Assembly: GCA_964427735.1 (NCBI GenBank) | Contig: CAYRUS010000001.1 | Span: 226,173 to 290,172 of the forward strand | Reading direction: 5' to 3' | Length of the DNA: 64,000 bases | Source: an uncultured Gammaproteobacteria bacterium | GTDB lineage: Bacteria; Patescibacteriota; Microgenomatia; UBA8517 | Part shown: positions 1 through 10,578 of the stretch, piece by piece | Layout: each line of letters opens with the position of its first letter | Position numbering within the stretch: position 1 is the first letter of the stretch | Program-made: the position numbers and the translations under genes | Notes under the pieces: generated by a model | What the model was told of the DNA's origin: nothing | The model's input: the letters and a program-made list of their open reading frames with translations, nothing else | The model's database searches: none

Positions 1-1560
1 TTCATTTGAGTTAATATAAAATTTATAAGCATTAGGAAAGTAAGCAAGCCTAAATGTTAGCTTAGAATCGTCACCCAAAAGTAGTTTGTTAACACTAATA
101 GTAATTTTGCCATGAGTATTTCCTATATTAATTACATTGGCAGAAACTGCTTCTGGAAGTTGAGAATGAACTAGCGGTGTGTCAAAAGAACACGCCCGAG
201 AATCCGGATAAGTTATGTCATCACCAAGAGTAGTAGTTGAATGTCTATGATAATGTAATTTTTCAAAATCATCATAAAGATGTATGTCCTCTGAAGAAAT
301 TGGTTGAGGAAGCATGTGATTTCTGTTTCCATAAATTGCCAAAAATACACCAACTATCAAGACAAAATAAAAAATGTTTTTGTTTTTAATTTTAACTAAC
401 AAAAAACTAAACAAACTACATAGAGTAAAAACTGATATACCCAAAATCCTCCAGGGAAATTGTATTTCTTGTAACAAGGGTAATGCTTCCCACAAAAATA
501 TTGAATAGGGAAGCATAAGAAAAATCGACAAAACAGAAACTATAATAAGTAAAATAATCCAGTAATTTTTATATAAATCTTTTGTGGAAAAAGACTTTCT
601 CTTTTTAATTACAAAGGAAAATAAAAATAATATAGAAATCCCTAACACAAACCACTGTGCATATCCCAACATAAAACTCATTCCATCATTTTCAACTCCA
701 GGAGATGAATAAAAATAATCCCATCTAGAACGAATCAGTTGTTTAAGTGTAGGAAAATGGTCTTTGTAATTAAGAATATCGATCTTGCCGATACGAGTGA
801 ACTTTTTTTCAATCAATGCAGGACCTATGAAAAATGACCCAAGTCCAAATGAACCAACATAAGAAAATAATGTAAATAATATCTCTTTGGTCTTAACATT
901 TTTTTGCAAATAAAATTTTGAAAGAATATAAACTAATATTAATGGCATGATAAACATGGCCGCGAAGTTATGAGAGATAGTTAATAATCCTCCAAAAAAA
1001 CTTGCAAAAAATAGGTGAATTATTTTTTTCTTGAAATTTTTCTCTTTAAATGCCTTTGAATACCAGTACAAAACTAATGGTAATAAGGCATAGGCAATAA
1101 ATTCAGGACTTCCACGAACAAATATTAAGGAAAAGCGATAAGGAGCAAACAGATAAAGTAACGCCCCTCCAATAGCAGCAATTTTATTATTTGTTTCCTC
1201 TGACATCCATAAATAAAAAAACAAAGAAGCAAAAACTAAAGACAACAGGTAAATAATCTTAAGTGACAAAATAATATTGTTGAAAAAAAAGTCTACAATA
1301 ATAAGAAGATAATAAATTAATGGATAAAAAAAGTTGTACACAGGAACACCACATTGGTAATTGAGACTACCTGCCCAACGCAACGGGAAATGACCTTCTC
1401 TTATTGTAGCTACAGCATCAAAACTCCGTGCTATATGGTGATTCCCGTCATGAGTACTAAAAACACTATATTTGAACAATCCCTTCCCTGCCCAAACAGA
1501 AATTAAAACTAATAAAATTAAAATAATTAAATTTGTGTTACTTAAAAGCTTTTTAATCAT
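1..1560 (-). CDS. Multi-pass membrane protein, GT-C/YfhO-like ('6-pyruvoyl-tetrahydropterin synthase-related' membrane family); runs off the left edge
   Basis: Not in ORF track. ATG at 1560 reads MIKKLLSN...STHDGNHHIARSFD...GHFPLRWAGSLNYQCGVPVYNFFYPL, a typical THD..H..R / P.RW...N...G.P...FY.PL N-terminus, followed by many hydrophobic segments. Confidence 0.75.
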   Translation of the reverse strand, partial: MIKKLLSNTNLIILILLVLISVWAGKGLFKYSVFSTHDGNHHIARSFDAVATIREGHFPLRWAGSLNYQCGVPVYNFFYPLIYYLLIIVDFFFNNIILSLKIIYLLSLVFASLFFYLWMSEETNNKIAAIGGALLYLFAPYRFSLIFVRGSPEFIAYALLPLVLYWYSKAFKEKNFKKKIIHLFFASFFGGLLTISHNFAAMFIMPLILVYILSKFYLQKNVKTKEILFTLFSYVGSFGLGSFFIGPALIEKKFTRIGKIDILNYKDHFPTLKQLIRSRWDYFYSSPGVENDGMSFMLGYAQWFVLGISILFLFSFVIKKRKSFSTKDLYKNYWIILLIIVSVLSIFLMLPYSIFLWEALPLLQEIQFPWRILGISVFTLCSLFSFLLVKIKNKNIFYFVLIVGVFLAIYGNRNHMLPQPISSEDIHLYDDFEKLHYHRHSTTTLGDDITYPDSRACSFDTPLVHSQLPEAVSANVINIGNTHGKITISVNKLLLGDDSKLTFRLAYFPNAYKFYINSNE

Positions 1561-1599
1561 TGAATAAATAGGAAGTTTATTTTTATTATGTAGCACATA

Positions 1600-3180
1600 C
1601 TAATTTTCCGGGAAGTTATGAACTAATTTATACAAATGAACACCTTCAACTACCCAAGCATCCTCAATCTTACTCCAACCAAAATTAGCTACTTCTGTTT
1701 TTGGATTACTTGTTGGCTGACATTTTTGCGCATCCTCGTATTCACAAATGACATAAAGCTGTTCTGTAATTGTTTCATCAGCTTTTTGAGGATCTATCCC
1801 TACAATAGGCTCTCCCCACAACTCTAGAAAATACCAATAAGCACCTTCATAATTTCTTTCTGCTATTACAGCAATATTAAACTTGTTTGCATTTGCTTCT
1901 TCCTTTATCTTTTCTGCTACCGCTATTGATCTTTGCATCTGTCTAGCAGGTGGAAATCTAAATGGATTGTTTTTTAGGCTAAAATAGCCAAACACCCCAA
2001 CTAAAAAAATAGCAACTATTAATCCCAGTTTTTTCTTGCTATCAAACATATCCTGGATAATTCCACCCATTAATATAAATGGAGCAGGAAATAAATAACC
2101 AAAATAATGATCATAAACTTCTAATTTGTATAAACTTAAACCTAAAATCCCCACAAACAGCCACAAAAATATTAAAAAATAAGCAGACAATTTTCTAGAA
2201 TGATACTTTTCTCTTTTAAACACAAACAACCACACTAAAAGTAAGGAAAAAACCGTCATAACAATACCAGCATTTGCCTCTTCACCACCACCAAGTAACC
2301 TCATAAACACAAGTCTATTGTTTTGATAAACATTCTTTATTGAAGTCAATGGTACTGCAGAAACAGTGTCCCCCCTTTCTAAGAAAAACTCCTGCATTGC
2401 AGTGAAATTTCTCCATCCATGCCTTGCGTCAAACAGCACCAAAGGAGAAAGTAACAAGCTAAAAATTATAAAAGATAGTACCGTATATTTAGTAGCTTCT
2501 TTTTTAGAACCACGAATCCATGAATTTTTGTAAGACAATATCCAAAAAAATATAAATATTGGAAATAAAACAAGAGCCATATAATGTGATTGAAGCGAAA
2601 CTGCAAACGAAAACCCGGCAAGGATAAACCATTTCCAGTTGTTTTTAGTCCATACTTGCCACAACGAGTAAATCACAAGAAGTGCAAAAAAAGGCATAAT
2701 ATTAGGGTTCCAAGAAAATCTGGATAAATTAATTACAACAGGACTAACTGCATACAAAAATGCAGCAAGCAAACCACCAACAGCAAAAGTATTACTAGAT
2801 TTTTCAAACCATGTTTTTACTACATACCAGATAAATAAAGTTGTAGCCAAAGAAAAAACTGCAATCATAATAGCAGGACCAACAGGAGAAAAATTAGAAA
2901 GTAAAAGAGCAGGAGCCATTAAGTAATAATAAAAAGGCCCTAGGTACATATCTCCAACTGAAGTCCCTGGTCCAACAAGTATTGGGTCAAAATTTTTAAG
3001 GAGTCTCATGACTACGATTGCATCTCTTCCTTCGTCTCCAAGAAAAGTCATATACTCATCTATTCGATACAATCTTAAAATTGCACCAATTATTAAAATT
3101 ACAAAAAGTAATACTGATTCTAATTGGTTTTTACGAATGTAATCACTTATATTTGATACCTTTTTTTCAATACTTCTCAC
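1600..3180 (-). CDS. GT-C fold glycosyltransferase (ArnT/PMT-like)
   Basis: LRLYR...FLGDEGRD after the first TM, GPFYYYL, WNPN, and about 11 TM segments. Confidence 0.8.
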   Translation of the reverse strand: MRSIEKKVSNISDYIRKNQLESVLLFVILIIGAILRLYRIDEYMTFLGDEGRDAIVVMRLLKNFDPILVGPGTSVGDMYLGPFYYYLMAPALLLSNFSPVGPAIMIAVFSLATTLFIWYVVKTWFEKSSNTFAVGGLLAAFLYAVSPVVINLSRFSWNPNIMPFFALLVIYSLWQVWTKNNWKWFILAGFSFAVSLQSHYMALVLFPIFIFFWILSYKNSWIRGSKKEATKYTVLSFIIFSLLLSPLVLFDARHGWRNFTAMQEFFLERGDTVSAVPLTSIKNVYQNNRLVFMRLLGGGEEANAGIVMTVFSLLLVWLFVFKREKYHSRKLSAYFLIFLWLFVGILGLSLYKLEVYDHYFGYLFPAPFILMGGIIQDMFDSKKKLGLIVAIFLVGVFGYFSLKNNPFRFPPARQMQRSIAVAEKIKEEANANKFNIAVIAERNYEGAYWYFLELWGEPIVGIDPQKADETITEQLYVICEYEDAQKCQPTSNPKTEVANFGWSKIEDAWVVEGVHLYKLVHNFPEN

Positions 3181-3890
3181 TTTTTTAGTTTAAACCAAAG
3201 CTTAAATAAATCCTTAAAGCTTTCTATAATCACATCTAAGTTACGACCAGTCCCCTCTCCTTCTAACCTAGGATAATGCGTTACGGGAATCTCCACTATC
3301 TTAAATCCCTTTTTCTTTGCTTTTATTAAAAATTCACTGGATATAAATGCTCCACGCTCACTTTCTAATCTTGATATAGAGTCAACTACTTCTTTTTTAA
3401 ACAATTTAAAGCCGCAGTCTATATCTTTTACTTTTAAACCAAACATAGCAAAAACTAGATACTCCCACATTTTTGACGTGATAATTTTGCCGCGGGAGAC
3501 TTTTCGGTCTTTGTAATAACCAATTACCATATCGGCATCGGTCTTCCTTTGCTTATCTATAAAATTTGTTATCTCTGAAAAGTCAAATTGTCCATCTGAG
3601 TCTGTGAATGTTATCCATTCGTATTTTGCATTATAAATACCACTTTTGAAAGCTCCACCATAACCTCTATTTGGATTGTGGTGTATAACTTTTATTCTTT
3701 TATCATTCTTTGAAAGTTTATCGGCAATCTTACCTGTTCTGTCGCTGCTTCCGTCATTTACTATTATTACTTCCCATTTATCAGCAGTTTTTGTTAAAAC
3801 TTCGAGGGCTTTTGCAACTGTATTTTCTAAGTTTGCTTCTTCATTATAGGCGGGGAAAAAGACCGAAAGTTCCTTTAATTTGTGAGCCAT
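3177..3890 (-). CDS. GT2 polyprenyl-phosphate sugar synthase (DPM1-like)
   Basis: PAYNEE, VNDGSSD, NRGYG, TDSDGQ and DIDCGFK motifs. Confidence 0.9.
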   Translation of the reverse strand: MAHKLKELSVFFPAYNEEANLENTVAKALEVLTKTADKWEVIIVNDGSSDRTGKIADKLSKNDKRIKVIHHNPNRGYGGAFKSGIYNAKYEWITFTDSDGQFDFSEITNFIDKQRKTDADMVIGYYKDRKVSRGKIITSKMWEYLVFAMFGLKVKDIDCGFKLFKKEVVDSISRLESERGAFISSEFLIKAKKKGFKIVEIPVTHYPRLEGEGTGRNLDVIIESFKDLFKLWFKLKK

Positions 3891-3957
3891 ATAAAATAAA
3901 TTTTAGCACAGATAGTTTGTTATTGCTTTATTATAAATAATATCTTATAATATACAC

Positions 3958-4433
3958 ATGGCAGAAATTAATAGGCAACCAAATTGTGAAATTTATAGAG
4001 ATCTTGTCGCTGAGCGATAGAAGCATCATACAAGCAATGGCGTGAAAATCCTCATAATCAAACTCTTACTGCCGAATTAAACGACTGGCTACGTGAAAGA
4101 ATTTTTCACGGAATCGGAGTCTACTTAAAAGTTTATACTAGCGATCTTTCAGATAATGCAATGGAATTATTGACCAAATTAGGAGGCAAAGCAGTGTTAT
4201 CAGGAAAAGAACGTATGGACACATTTTTTATTATTCCATCAACAGGAGAACGTATTGCAAAAGACTCAACTAGCATAAACCCTGATATTTTAATTGAGGC
4301 AAACACGTCGGGTTCACTAAACATTATACTTAACCCTCACCGATTTAGATCTACTTTTCCCAATAACATTATTACTACAGTAGTTCCAGATAGTGTTAGA
4401 GAGTTTAGTGTCCTTCAAACTCATCACGATTAA
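3958..4433 (+). pseudogene. Frameshifted orphan gene (about 158 aa if repaired)
   Basis: TTGCTT-17-TATAAT-6nt-ATG(3958) opens MAEINRQPNCEIYRDLVAER*. The frame of ORF 4161-4433 is open back to 4014. Adding one A at GAGCGA^TAGAA joins the two. Confidence 0.6.
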
Positions 4434-4469
4434 TTGCCTCACACTCCAAATAGTTATATCATTGCTTTA

Positions 4470-5627
4470 ATGGAACGAGTTAAAAAAATATTACCCCTGC
4501 TTGCCTTTTCACTAATTCCAACACTTTTAATTTGGCTTCCGTTTTATTTAAACCTTGAAAGTTTTTGGACTATTCCACTTCCACAAGAAGGAATGGCAAC
4601 TATAGTAGCTAATTACGATGGTCCTTTGTACATAGTAGTATCAAAGACCTTGTACAACGTACAAATGATTAAGGACTTGGTTGCGTTTCCACTACCAGCT
4701 GAGTATTATGCTGCACACTTTCCTTTGTATCCCCTTTTAATTCGCATTTTTGCACCTATCTTTGGATATCCCTATGCAATGGTTGTTGTCACCAGTCTAT
4801 CCAGTTTACTTGCCATTTATTACTTTAATAAATTAGCTTCCCTATACATTAAGGGGAGCGATCTGACTTGGTTAACATTTGTATTTTCTGTATTTCCGGC
4901 GAGATGGTTAATCGTAAGATCAGTAGGATCACCTGAACCACTTTTCTTGGCTGCTATAATTGCTGCAATTTATTACTTTAAAAAGAAAAATTATTGGCTT
5001 ACAGCCTTCTTTGGGATCCTAGCACAATTAACTAAATCCCCTGGAATACTGCTATTTATTGCTTTGGTTGCAGCCTATGTTGCTCCTACTCTTAAAGTTT
5101 TAGCAACTAAAACTTTAGGTGAATGGTTAAAATCACTTAAAATAGTGCAGTTTTTACCAGTCCTGCTTATTCCATTGTCTTTAATTGGTTTGTTTTATTT
5201 TTATGGAGTTAGGTATGGTGATTTTTTTGCCTACTTTAATTCAGGAGATAATATCCATTTGTTCTTTCCTCCATTCCAGATATTTAACTATAGTGCACCT
5301 TGGGTAGGAACATTTTGGTTAGAGGAAGTTATCTATATCTATTTATTTTTAGCGCTTGGAATAATTAGTTTAGTTAAACAAAAAGACTACATTTTAGCTT
5401 GGTTCGTGGCAATATTTACTCTTTCACTTATCTTTGTATCTCATAGAGATCTAATGAGATATTCTTTGCCTGTTGTTCCATTTTTGTTTTTAGCATGGAG
5501 AGATTTTCTAACCAAACGAGAATTTAAAATTATTTTTATATTTTTGCTTCTACCTATATATCTTTTTGCTCTTGTTTATATCTCTCAAAACACAATGCCA
5601 ATTTCTGACTGGGGACCTCTTCTTTAA
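4470..5627 (+). CDS. GT-C mannosyltransferase-like membrane protein (PIG-V/GT76-like)
   Basis: NYDG..Y, AHFPLYPLL and SPEPLFL motifs, multi-TM. The start is placed at ATG 4470, downstream of TTGCCT-17-TATCAT. Confidence 0.7.
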   Translation: MERVKKILPLLAFSLIPTLLIWLPFYLNLESFWTIPLPQEGMATIVANYDGPLYIVVSKTLYNVQMIKDLVAFPLPAEYYAAHFPLYPLLIRIFAPIFGYPYAMVVVTSLSSLLAIYYFNKLASLYIKGSDLTWLTFVFSVFPARWLIVRSVGSPEPLFLAAIIAAIYYFKKKNYWLTAFFGILAQLTKSPGILLFIALVAAYVAPTLKVLATKTLGEWLKSLKIVQFLPVLLIPLSLIGLFYFYGVRYGDFFAYFNSGDNIHLFFPPFQIFNYSAPWVGTFWLEEVIYIYLFLALGIISLVKQKDYILAWFVAIFTLSLIFVSHRDLMRYSLPVVPFLFLAWRDFLTKREFKIIFIFLLLPIYLFALVYISQNTMPISDWGPLL

Positions 5628-5628
5628 A

Positions 5629-6201
5629 ATGAATAGTCTTTTAAAATATTCGGCTCAGCAAAAACAAAAAGCAGATAAAATTCTAATTGAATCTGGAATT
5701 CTTGAAGAGCTGGAGGAATATGGAAAAATACATATCGCCGGTAGTTATGCAATAAATACAATGTACAGATCGGAGTTGGATATCTGGGTTATAGGAAAAT
5801 ATCACAACGAAGAGTTGGCTAGAAAGATATTTATTTCACTTTTTAACAAGAATTATTTTGACATGTTGTGTTTTGTGAAAGCTCGAAATACAACATTTGA
5901 GAAAAAAATATCGGGATTCTACATTCAACCTCATAAAAACTTAGGAAATAACAACTGGAAAATTGATATATGGTTAACAGTTAAATCACAATTTAAACCA
6001 CGATATAAAAGTGTTTTAAAGAAAATAAACAGCACAAAAGATCCAAATAGAACCAGAAATTTAATTCTCAATTTAAAAAAGCATTTTAGTCATAAGAGTA
6101 AATATAGAGGCAATCTATCGGGAGATGATTTCTACAAAGTGGTATTAGAGAACCCTAACTCAACCGTCGAAGAATTAATTGAGCTAATTAAAAGAAAGTA
6201 A
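5629..6201 (+). CDS. Nucleotidyltransferase-fold hypothetical protein
   Basis: hGSY...ELDI and WKIDIW motifs. The ATG at 5629 follows the upstream stop directly. Confidence 0.55.
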   Translation: MNSLLKYSAQQKQKADKILIESGILEELEEYGKIHIAGSYAINTMYRSELDIWVIGKYHNEELARKIFISLFNKNYFDMLCFVKARNTTFEKKISGFYIQPHKNLGNNNWKIDIWLTVKSQFKPRYKSVLKKINSTKDPNRTRNLILNLKKHFSHKSKYRGNLSGDDFYKVVLENPNSTVEELIELIKRK

Positions 6202-6215
6202 ACTAAAAATGACAT

Positions 6216-6287
6216 CTAAGATTTTATCGTGCCAAATATTTTTCTAAGGCTCCAAGTTTTCCAGATATCTGCATTATACATGAAGTA
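6216..6287 (-). pseudogene. Relic diverged copy of the 3' end of the adjacent GT2-GtrA gene
   Basis: Translates YFMYNADIWKTWSLRKIFGTIKS*, compared with the live gene end YFMYNVVIWRNWNLGKIFKRR* (6317-6382). Confidence 0.8.
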
Positions 6288-6302
6288 CCTTTAAAGGTAC
6301 TT
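6283..6302. repeat. Perfect 20-bp palindrome AAGTACCTTTAAAGGTACTT
   Basis: Self-complementary. It lies between the live stop codon and the relic 3' end and may act as a terminator or junction. Confidence 0.8.
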
Positions 6303-6316
6303 TGGTTTACTTAAGT

Positions 6317-7486
6317 CTACCTTCTCTTGAAGATTTTTCCTAAATTCCAGTTTCTCCAAATCACCACATTGTACATAAAGTAATTGTATGGAAGGACGAG
6401 GAATAGGATTATAAAAGGCAAGGCAAGTTGGCGGTAGCTTATACCAAAAACAGGGCTTGGTCCAATTCCGAATACGTTATCTACTACCAAACCCGCTATT
6501 GTTTGAATTACCAATGCTCCTGCAGAAGTTAAGTTAAATTGTAGGAATTTATAAATTAGATTGTTAACACCAGTAATTTTACTTTCTTTGAATGTCCAGA
6601 TATTGTTCAATATAAAGTTGCTTATTATTGAAAGCTCTACAGGTAAGGACCAAGCAATTATGCTTGGGGCATTCATGATAGTCATCAATCTAAGAAAAGT
6701 TGCATTTACTAAATATCCAATAAATCCCACTATTCCGAACTTAATAAATCTGGCTTTGTCTCTTATCCCTAGGATAATAACTGTTCTGTAGCTAGCAACC
6801 AATTCTTTCATATTAAATTTAGATTTATCAGTAGTTCTGGGTCGAAATTCTAAAGGAACTTCAACTGTTTTTTTTGAATTTTTAATACTTTGGTACAGTA
6901 AATCAATTTTATAAGCAAACCGTTCTTTTTCCATTAGATTATCAAGGTTTATCTTGTCCAAAACACCTTTTACTTTAGTCAAACGAAAACCTGTAGTCAT
7001 ATCGTGAATATTAAATTTTGTAAGAACCACACGTGAGAATAAATTTCCAAAATAACTAATAAATTTTCTAAAAAATGCCCATTCTTTGGGGATCGAACCT
7101 CCTGGGACATATCTGGAACCAATCACATATTCAGCACCGTTTAAATACGCTTCAACCATTGGTCTTACGAACTTTGGAGGATGCTGACCATCAGCATCCA
7201 TTTCCATAACAGCATTAGCATTAATCTCCTTCATTGCATATTTAAATCCAGTTATATAAGCATTTCCTAATCCTTTTCCTTTTTGTTGGATTATATGGAG
7301 GTTTTTCCTTTTCTTTGCTTCTTTTTCTACTAATTCTGTCATTCCATCTGTAGAATGATTGTCTACAACTAAAAGATGCATATCTGCCTTAATTTGGGGA
7401 AAAACCTCTTCAAAAAGTGTTGTGATCATTTTGTTTATATTTTCTGCTTCGTTCCAAGCCGCCATTACCACAACAATTCTTTGCAT
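6317..7486 (-). CDS. GT2 (DPM1-like) fused to a C-terminal GtrA-like flippase domain
   Basis: AAWNEA, VDNHSTDG, MDADGQHP and DMTTGFR, then RFIKFGIVG...NFILNNIWTF typical of GtrA. Confidence 0.85.
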   Translation of the reverse strand: MQRIVVVMAAWNEAENINKMITTLFEEVFPQIKADMHLLVVDNHSTDGMTELVEKEAKKRKNLHIIQQKGKGLGNAYITGFKYAMKEINANAVMEMDADGQHPPKFVRPMVEAYLNGAEYVIGSRYVPGGSIPKEWAFFRKFISYFGNLFSRVVLTKFNIHDMTTGFRLTKVKGVLDKINLDNLMEKERFAYKIDLLYQSIKNSKKTVEVPLEFRPRTTDKSKFNMKELVASYRTVIILGIRDKARFIKFGIVGFIGYLVNATFLRLMTIMNAPSIIAWSLPVELSIISNFILNNIWTFKESKITGVNNLIYKFLQFNLTSAGALVIQTIAGLVVDNVFGIGPSPVFGISYRQLALPFIILFLVLPYNYFMYNVVIWRNWNLGKIFKRR

Positions 7487-7582
7487 ATTTATACTCTATC
7501 AGAAATCAAGTTAAATAAAAATATTGCTTAAATTGACCAAAATTGTAAACTAGCCTAAACTAACATGCTGTAGAATATAGAT

Positions 7583-8647
7583 ATGCAACAAAAAGGGAAG
7601 AAACTATTTACAAAAAAAAGAGCTTTTTTATTAGCAATAATTTTATTTTTAGCTTTAATTTATGTTTATAGACAGTCTCAATCAGGTTTAGAAGTAGAAA
7701 TTACCTACCTTCAAAATAAGGACTTGTCTGAATCAATTAGTGCTGCCGGATCAATAGAACCAAACCAAAAAGCCACATTATCTTTTCCTTTGGGAGGAAA
7801 AATTTCATATATTGGAGTAAAAGAAGGAAATTTTGTTAATAAATCACAGGTGCTTGCAAGTCTCGATAAGAATGATTTAAACGCGACTTACCAACAATCA
7901 TTGTCAGACTTAAGACTAGCTGAAGCAACTTTAGAAAGAGTTTATGATAATGTAAAAGGAAATGAAGTAGCTGAAAGCTTTACAGCAAAGGAAACTCGCA
8001 CTCAAGCAGAAGTAGCTAAAGACAAAGCCTTTGATGCAGTTAAAATAGCAAGAAATGCCTTAATAAATGCTGACATTGTTTCCCCAATAACCGGGTACGT
8101 TGTTTCTGTATCAGATAGTTTTTATACAGGTGCTTTTGTGGGACCGACAGATACTATTGAAGTGGTTGACCCCTCTAGTCTTTATTTTGTGGTTGAAGTA
8201 AATGAAGTAGACATTCCTAATATTCATAAAGCCCAAAAAGCAACAATTACTTTGGATGCGTATCCAAATAATGAGATTAACAGTTTGGTCGAAAGTATTG
8301 ATATCGTGTCAACAACAACCTCAACAGGGGGAACTGGATATAAAGTAAAATTATCGTTACCAAAAAGCGAAAATGATTATTTGGTTGGCATGAATGGAGA
8401 TGCTGAGTTTTTAATTCAGGAAAAAAAGGACATTAAATCTGTTCCTATTACAGCAGTCACAGACATAAATGATAAAACGTATGTCTGGATTGTAAATAAA
8501 GAAAATACAGCTGAAAAAATAGAGGTTGTCACAGGCATTTCATCAATCAGTGATATAGAAATTATCTCAGGAGATATAGAAGGGCAACCGATAATTCTTA
8601 ATCCACCTGCAAACATTAGTGATGGCATGAAGGTAAGGATCTCCTAG
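7583..8647 (+). CDS. MacA/HlyD-like membrane fusion (adaptor) protein
   Basis: N-terminal TM, biotinyl-like [11 protein letters not shown], coiled coil, SPITGYV. Confidence 0.85.
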   Translation: MQQKGKKLFTKKRAFLLAIILFLALIYVYRQSQSGLEVEITYLQNKDLSESISAAGSIEPNQKATLSFPLGGKISYIGVKEGNFVNKSQVLASLDKNDLNATYQQSLSDLRLAEATLERVYDNVKGNEVAESFTAKETRTQAEVAKDKAFDAVKIARNALINADIVSPITGYVVSVSDSFYTGAFVGPTDTIEVVDPSSLYFVVEVNEVDIPNIHKAQKATITLDAYPNNEINSLVESIDIVSTTTSTGGTGYKVKLSLPKSENDYLVGMNGDAEFLIQEKKDIKSVPITAVTDINDKTYVWIVNKENTAEKIEVVTGISSISDIEIISGDIEGQPIILNPPANISDGMKVRIS

Positions 8648-8648
8648 A

Positions 8649-9332
8649 ATGCAAAGTGTAATTAGTACAGCAGATGTAAAAAAGACTTATATGATGGGCG
8701 AGGTGGAAGTTCATGCCTTAAAAGGAGTTACATTAAGTATAAACAACGGTGAATTTGTAGCAATCATCGGCTCTTCGGGAAGCGGTAAATCAACTCTCAT
8801 GCATATAATGGGACTTTTGGATACTCCTACTTCAGGAAAAGTTTATTTAGATGGAAAAGATGTCAGTAAACTTAATGAAGAAGAAAGTGCAACTGCAAGA
8901 AATAAACATATAGGTTTTGTTTTTCAATCATTTAATTTATTAAAAAGAACTACTGCAATTGATAATGTTGCTTTACCACTAATCTATTCAGGTGTACCTT
9001 ACGAGGAAAGGATGAAGAAAGCAGAAACACTACTTAATACCGTAGGACTAGGAGACAGACTTGACCATTTCTCAACTCAATTATCCGGTGGACAGCAGCA
9101 AAGAGTTGCAATTGCAAGAGCACTTGTTAATAATCCTAGCATTATCCTTGCTGATGAACCCACAGGAAATTTAGATTCCAAATCAGGAAAAGAGGTTATG
9201 AAACTTTTAACAGATCTTAATAAAAACGGCATTACTATAATTCTTGTAACACACGAACTTGATATTGCTAAATCAGCAAAAAGAATTATTGAATTAAAAG
9301 ATGGCCAAATAATAAAAGATACTATAAATTAA
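8649..9332 (+). CDS. ABC transporter ATP-binding protein (MacB/LolD family)
   Basis: [33 protein letters not shown]. Confidence 0.95.
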   Translation: MQSVISTADVKKTYMMGEVEVHALKGVTLSINNGEFVAIIGSSGSGKSTLMHIMGLLDTPTSGKVYLDGKDVSKLNEEESATARNKHIGFVFQSFNLLKRTTAIDNVALPLIYSGVPYEERMKKAETLLNTVGLGDRLDHFSTQLSGGQQQRVAIARALVNNPSIILADEPTGNLDSKSGKEVMKLLTDLNKNGITIILVTHELDIAKSAKRIIELKDGQIIKDTIN

Positions 9333-9333
9333 T

Positions 9334-10563
9334 ATGCAAAAAATTATTCCTACTGGCTCTAGAGAAATTGTAAAACTTGCCTTGAATGCAATCTGGGTTA
9401 ATAAAACTCGATCCTCCCTAACATCGCTTGGCATTATTATTGGAGTGGCTTCTGTAATCTTACTAGTTTCTGTAGGGCAAGGCTTGCAAAACTATATAAC
9501 GAATCAATTTGAAGAACTTGGAAGCAATATGGTTATTGCACTGCCAGGACAAGTAGGAGGAGAAGATGGCGGGGTGAGCTTTGGGCAAGGTCCTCCTAAC
9601 TTCGCAGGAAGTAAACTTACTCTTGAACATACAAGAGATTTAAAAAACTTAGGATCTCCAATTGAATCAGTGGTTGCAAGTACAGAAATGCCAGCTTCAA
9701 TCAACTACAGAGGTGAGTCAAAATATACTACAATTGCCGGTATAACCCCTGAATACACGAAAATTAGAAACCTAAGGATTGGTGAAGGACGAAGCCTCAC
9801 TGAGTCTGACATAAATTTATCAAGAAAAGTAGTTATCATCGGAAAAGCAATCTCTGACGATTTATTCGGAGCTTCTACTGCACTAGAAAAGGATGTAACA
9901 ATAGGTGGAGATAAATTTAAAGTAATAGGTGTTTTAGATAGCATTGGAAGCCAAAGCATTGGATTTGATATAAATAATTTTGCAGCCATTCCAATTACAA
10001 CTGCACAACAATTATTTGGGACAGAATCAATCCAGGCAATAACAATCAAGGCAGAATCAAGAGAAGATATACCTGTTGTAATAAACATGACTGAAAGATA
10101 TTTAGAAAAAGTATTAGATGAGGATGATTTTTCTGTAGTGGACCAAAGTAGTTTATTGGAAACAATCAATAGTATTCTTGGAGTGGTAACTGCTGCTCTT
10201 GGAGGAATTGCAGCAATTTCATTAGTAGTAGGGGGCGTTGGTATTATGAATATCATGCTCGTATCCGTAACCGAAAGAACAAGAGAAATAGGACTAAGAA
10301 AGGCAGTAGGAGCCAAACCATCAGATATCCTCTACCAATTTATTGTTGAAGCAGTTACACTTTCAGCATTCGGTGGACTTGTTGGTATTATTATTGGGAC
10401 TGCAGGAGCCTACATTATTAATCAATTCTTTCCTGCAAGCGTTACTCTTTGGTCTGTTCTCCTAGCCTTTGGTGTATCTACTGCTGTGGGAATTATCTTT
10501 GGTGTTACACCTGCTTTAAGAGCTTCTAAGCTAAACCCAATTGAGGCATTAAGATACGAATAA
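9334..10563 (+). CDS. ABC permease (MacB/YknZ family)
   Basis: LTSLGIIIGVASV, GIMNIMLVSVTERTREIGLRKAVGA, PIEALRYE. Confidence 0.95.
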   Translation: MQKIIPTGSREIVKLALNAIWVNKTRSSLTSLGIIIGVASVILLVSVGQGLQNYITNQFEELGSNMVIALPGQVGGEDGGVSFGQGPPNFAGSKLTLEHTRDLKNLGSPIESVVASTEMPASINYRGESKYTTIAGITPEYTKIRNLRIGEGRSLTESDINLSRKVVIIGKAISDDLFGASTALEKDVTIGGDKFKVIGVLDSIGSQSIGFDINNFAAIPITTAQQLFGTESIQAITIKAESREDIPVVINMTERYLEKVLDEDDFSVVDQSSLLETINSILGVVTAALGGIAAISLVVGGVGIMNIMLVSVTERTREIGLRKAVGAKPSDILYQFIVEAVTLSAFGGLVGIIIGTAGAYIINQFFPASVTLWSVLLAFGVSTAVGIIFGVTPALRASKLNPIEALRYE

Positions 10564-10578
10564 GCTATAATATAAACT

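Noticed and set aside
4011-4013. TGA read-through (genetic code 25) to explain the broken orphan
   Set aside because: TGA ends secA, ftsX and tsaE normally, and the frame upstream of this TGA hits TAA without a start codon.
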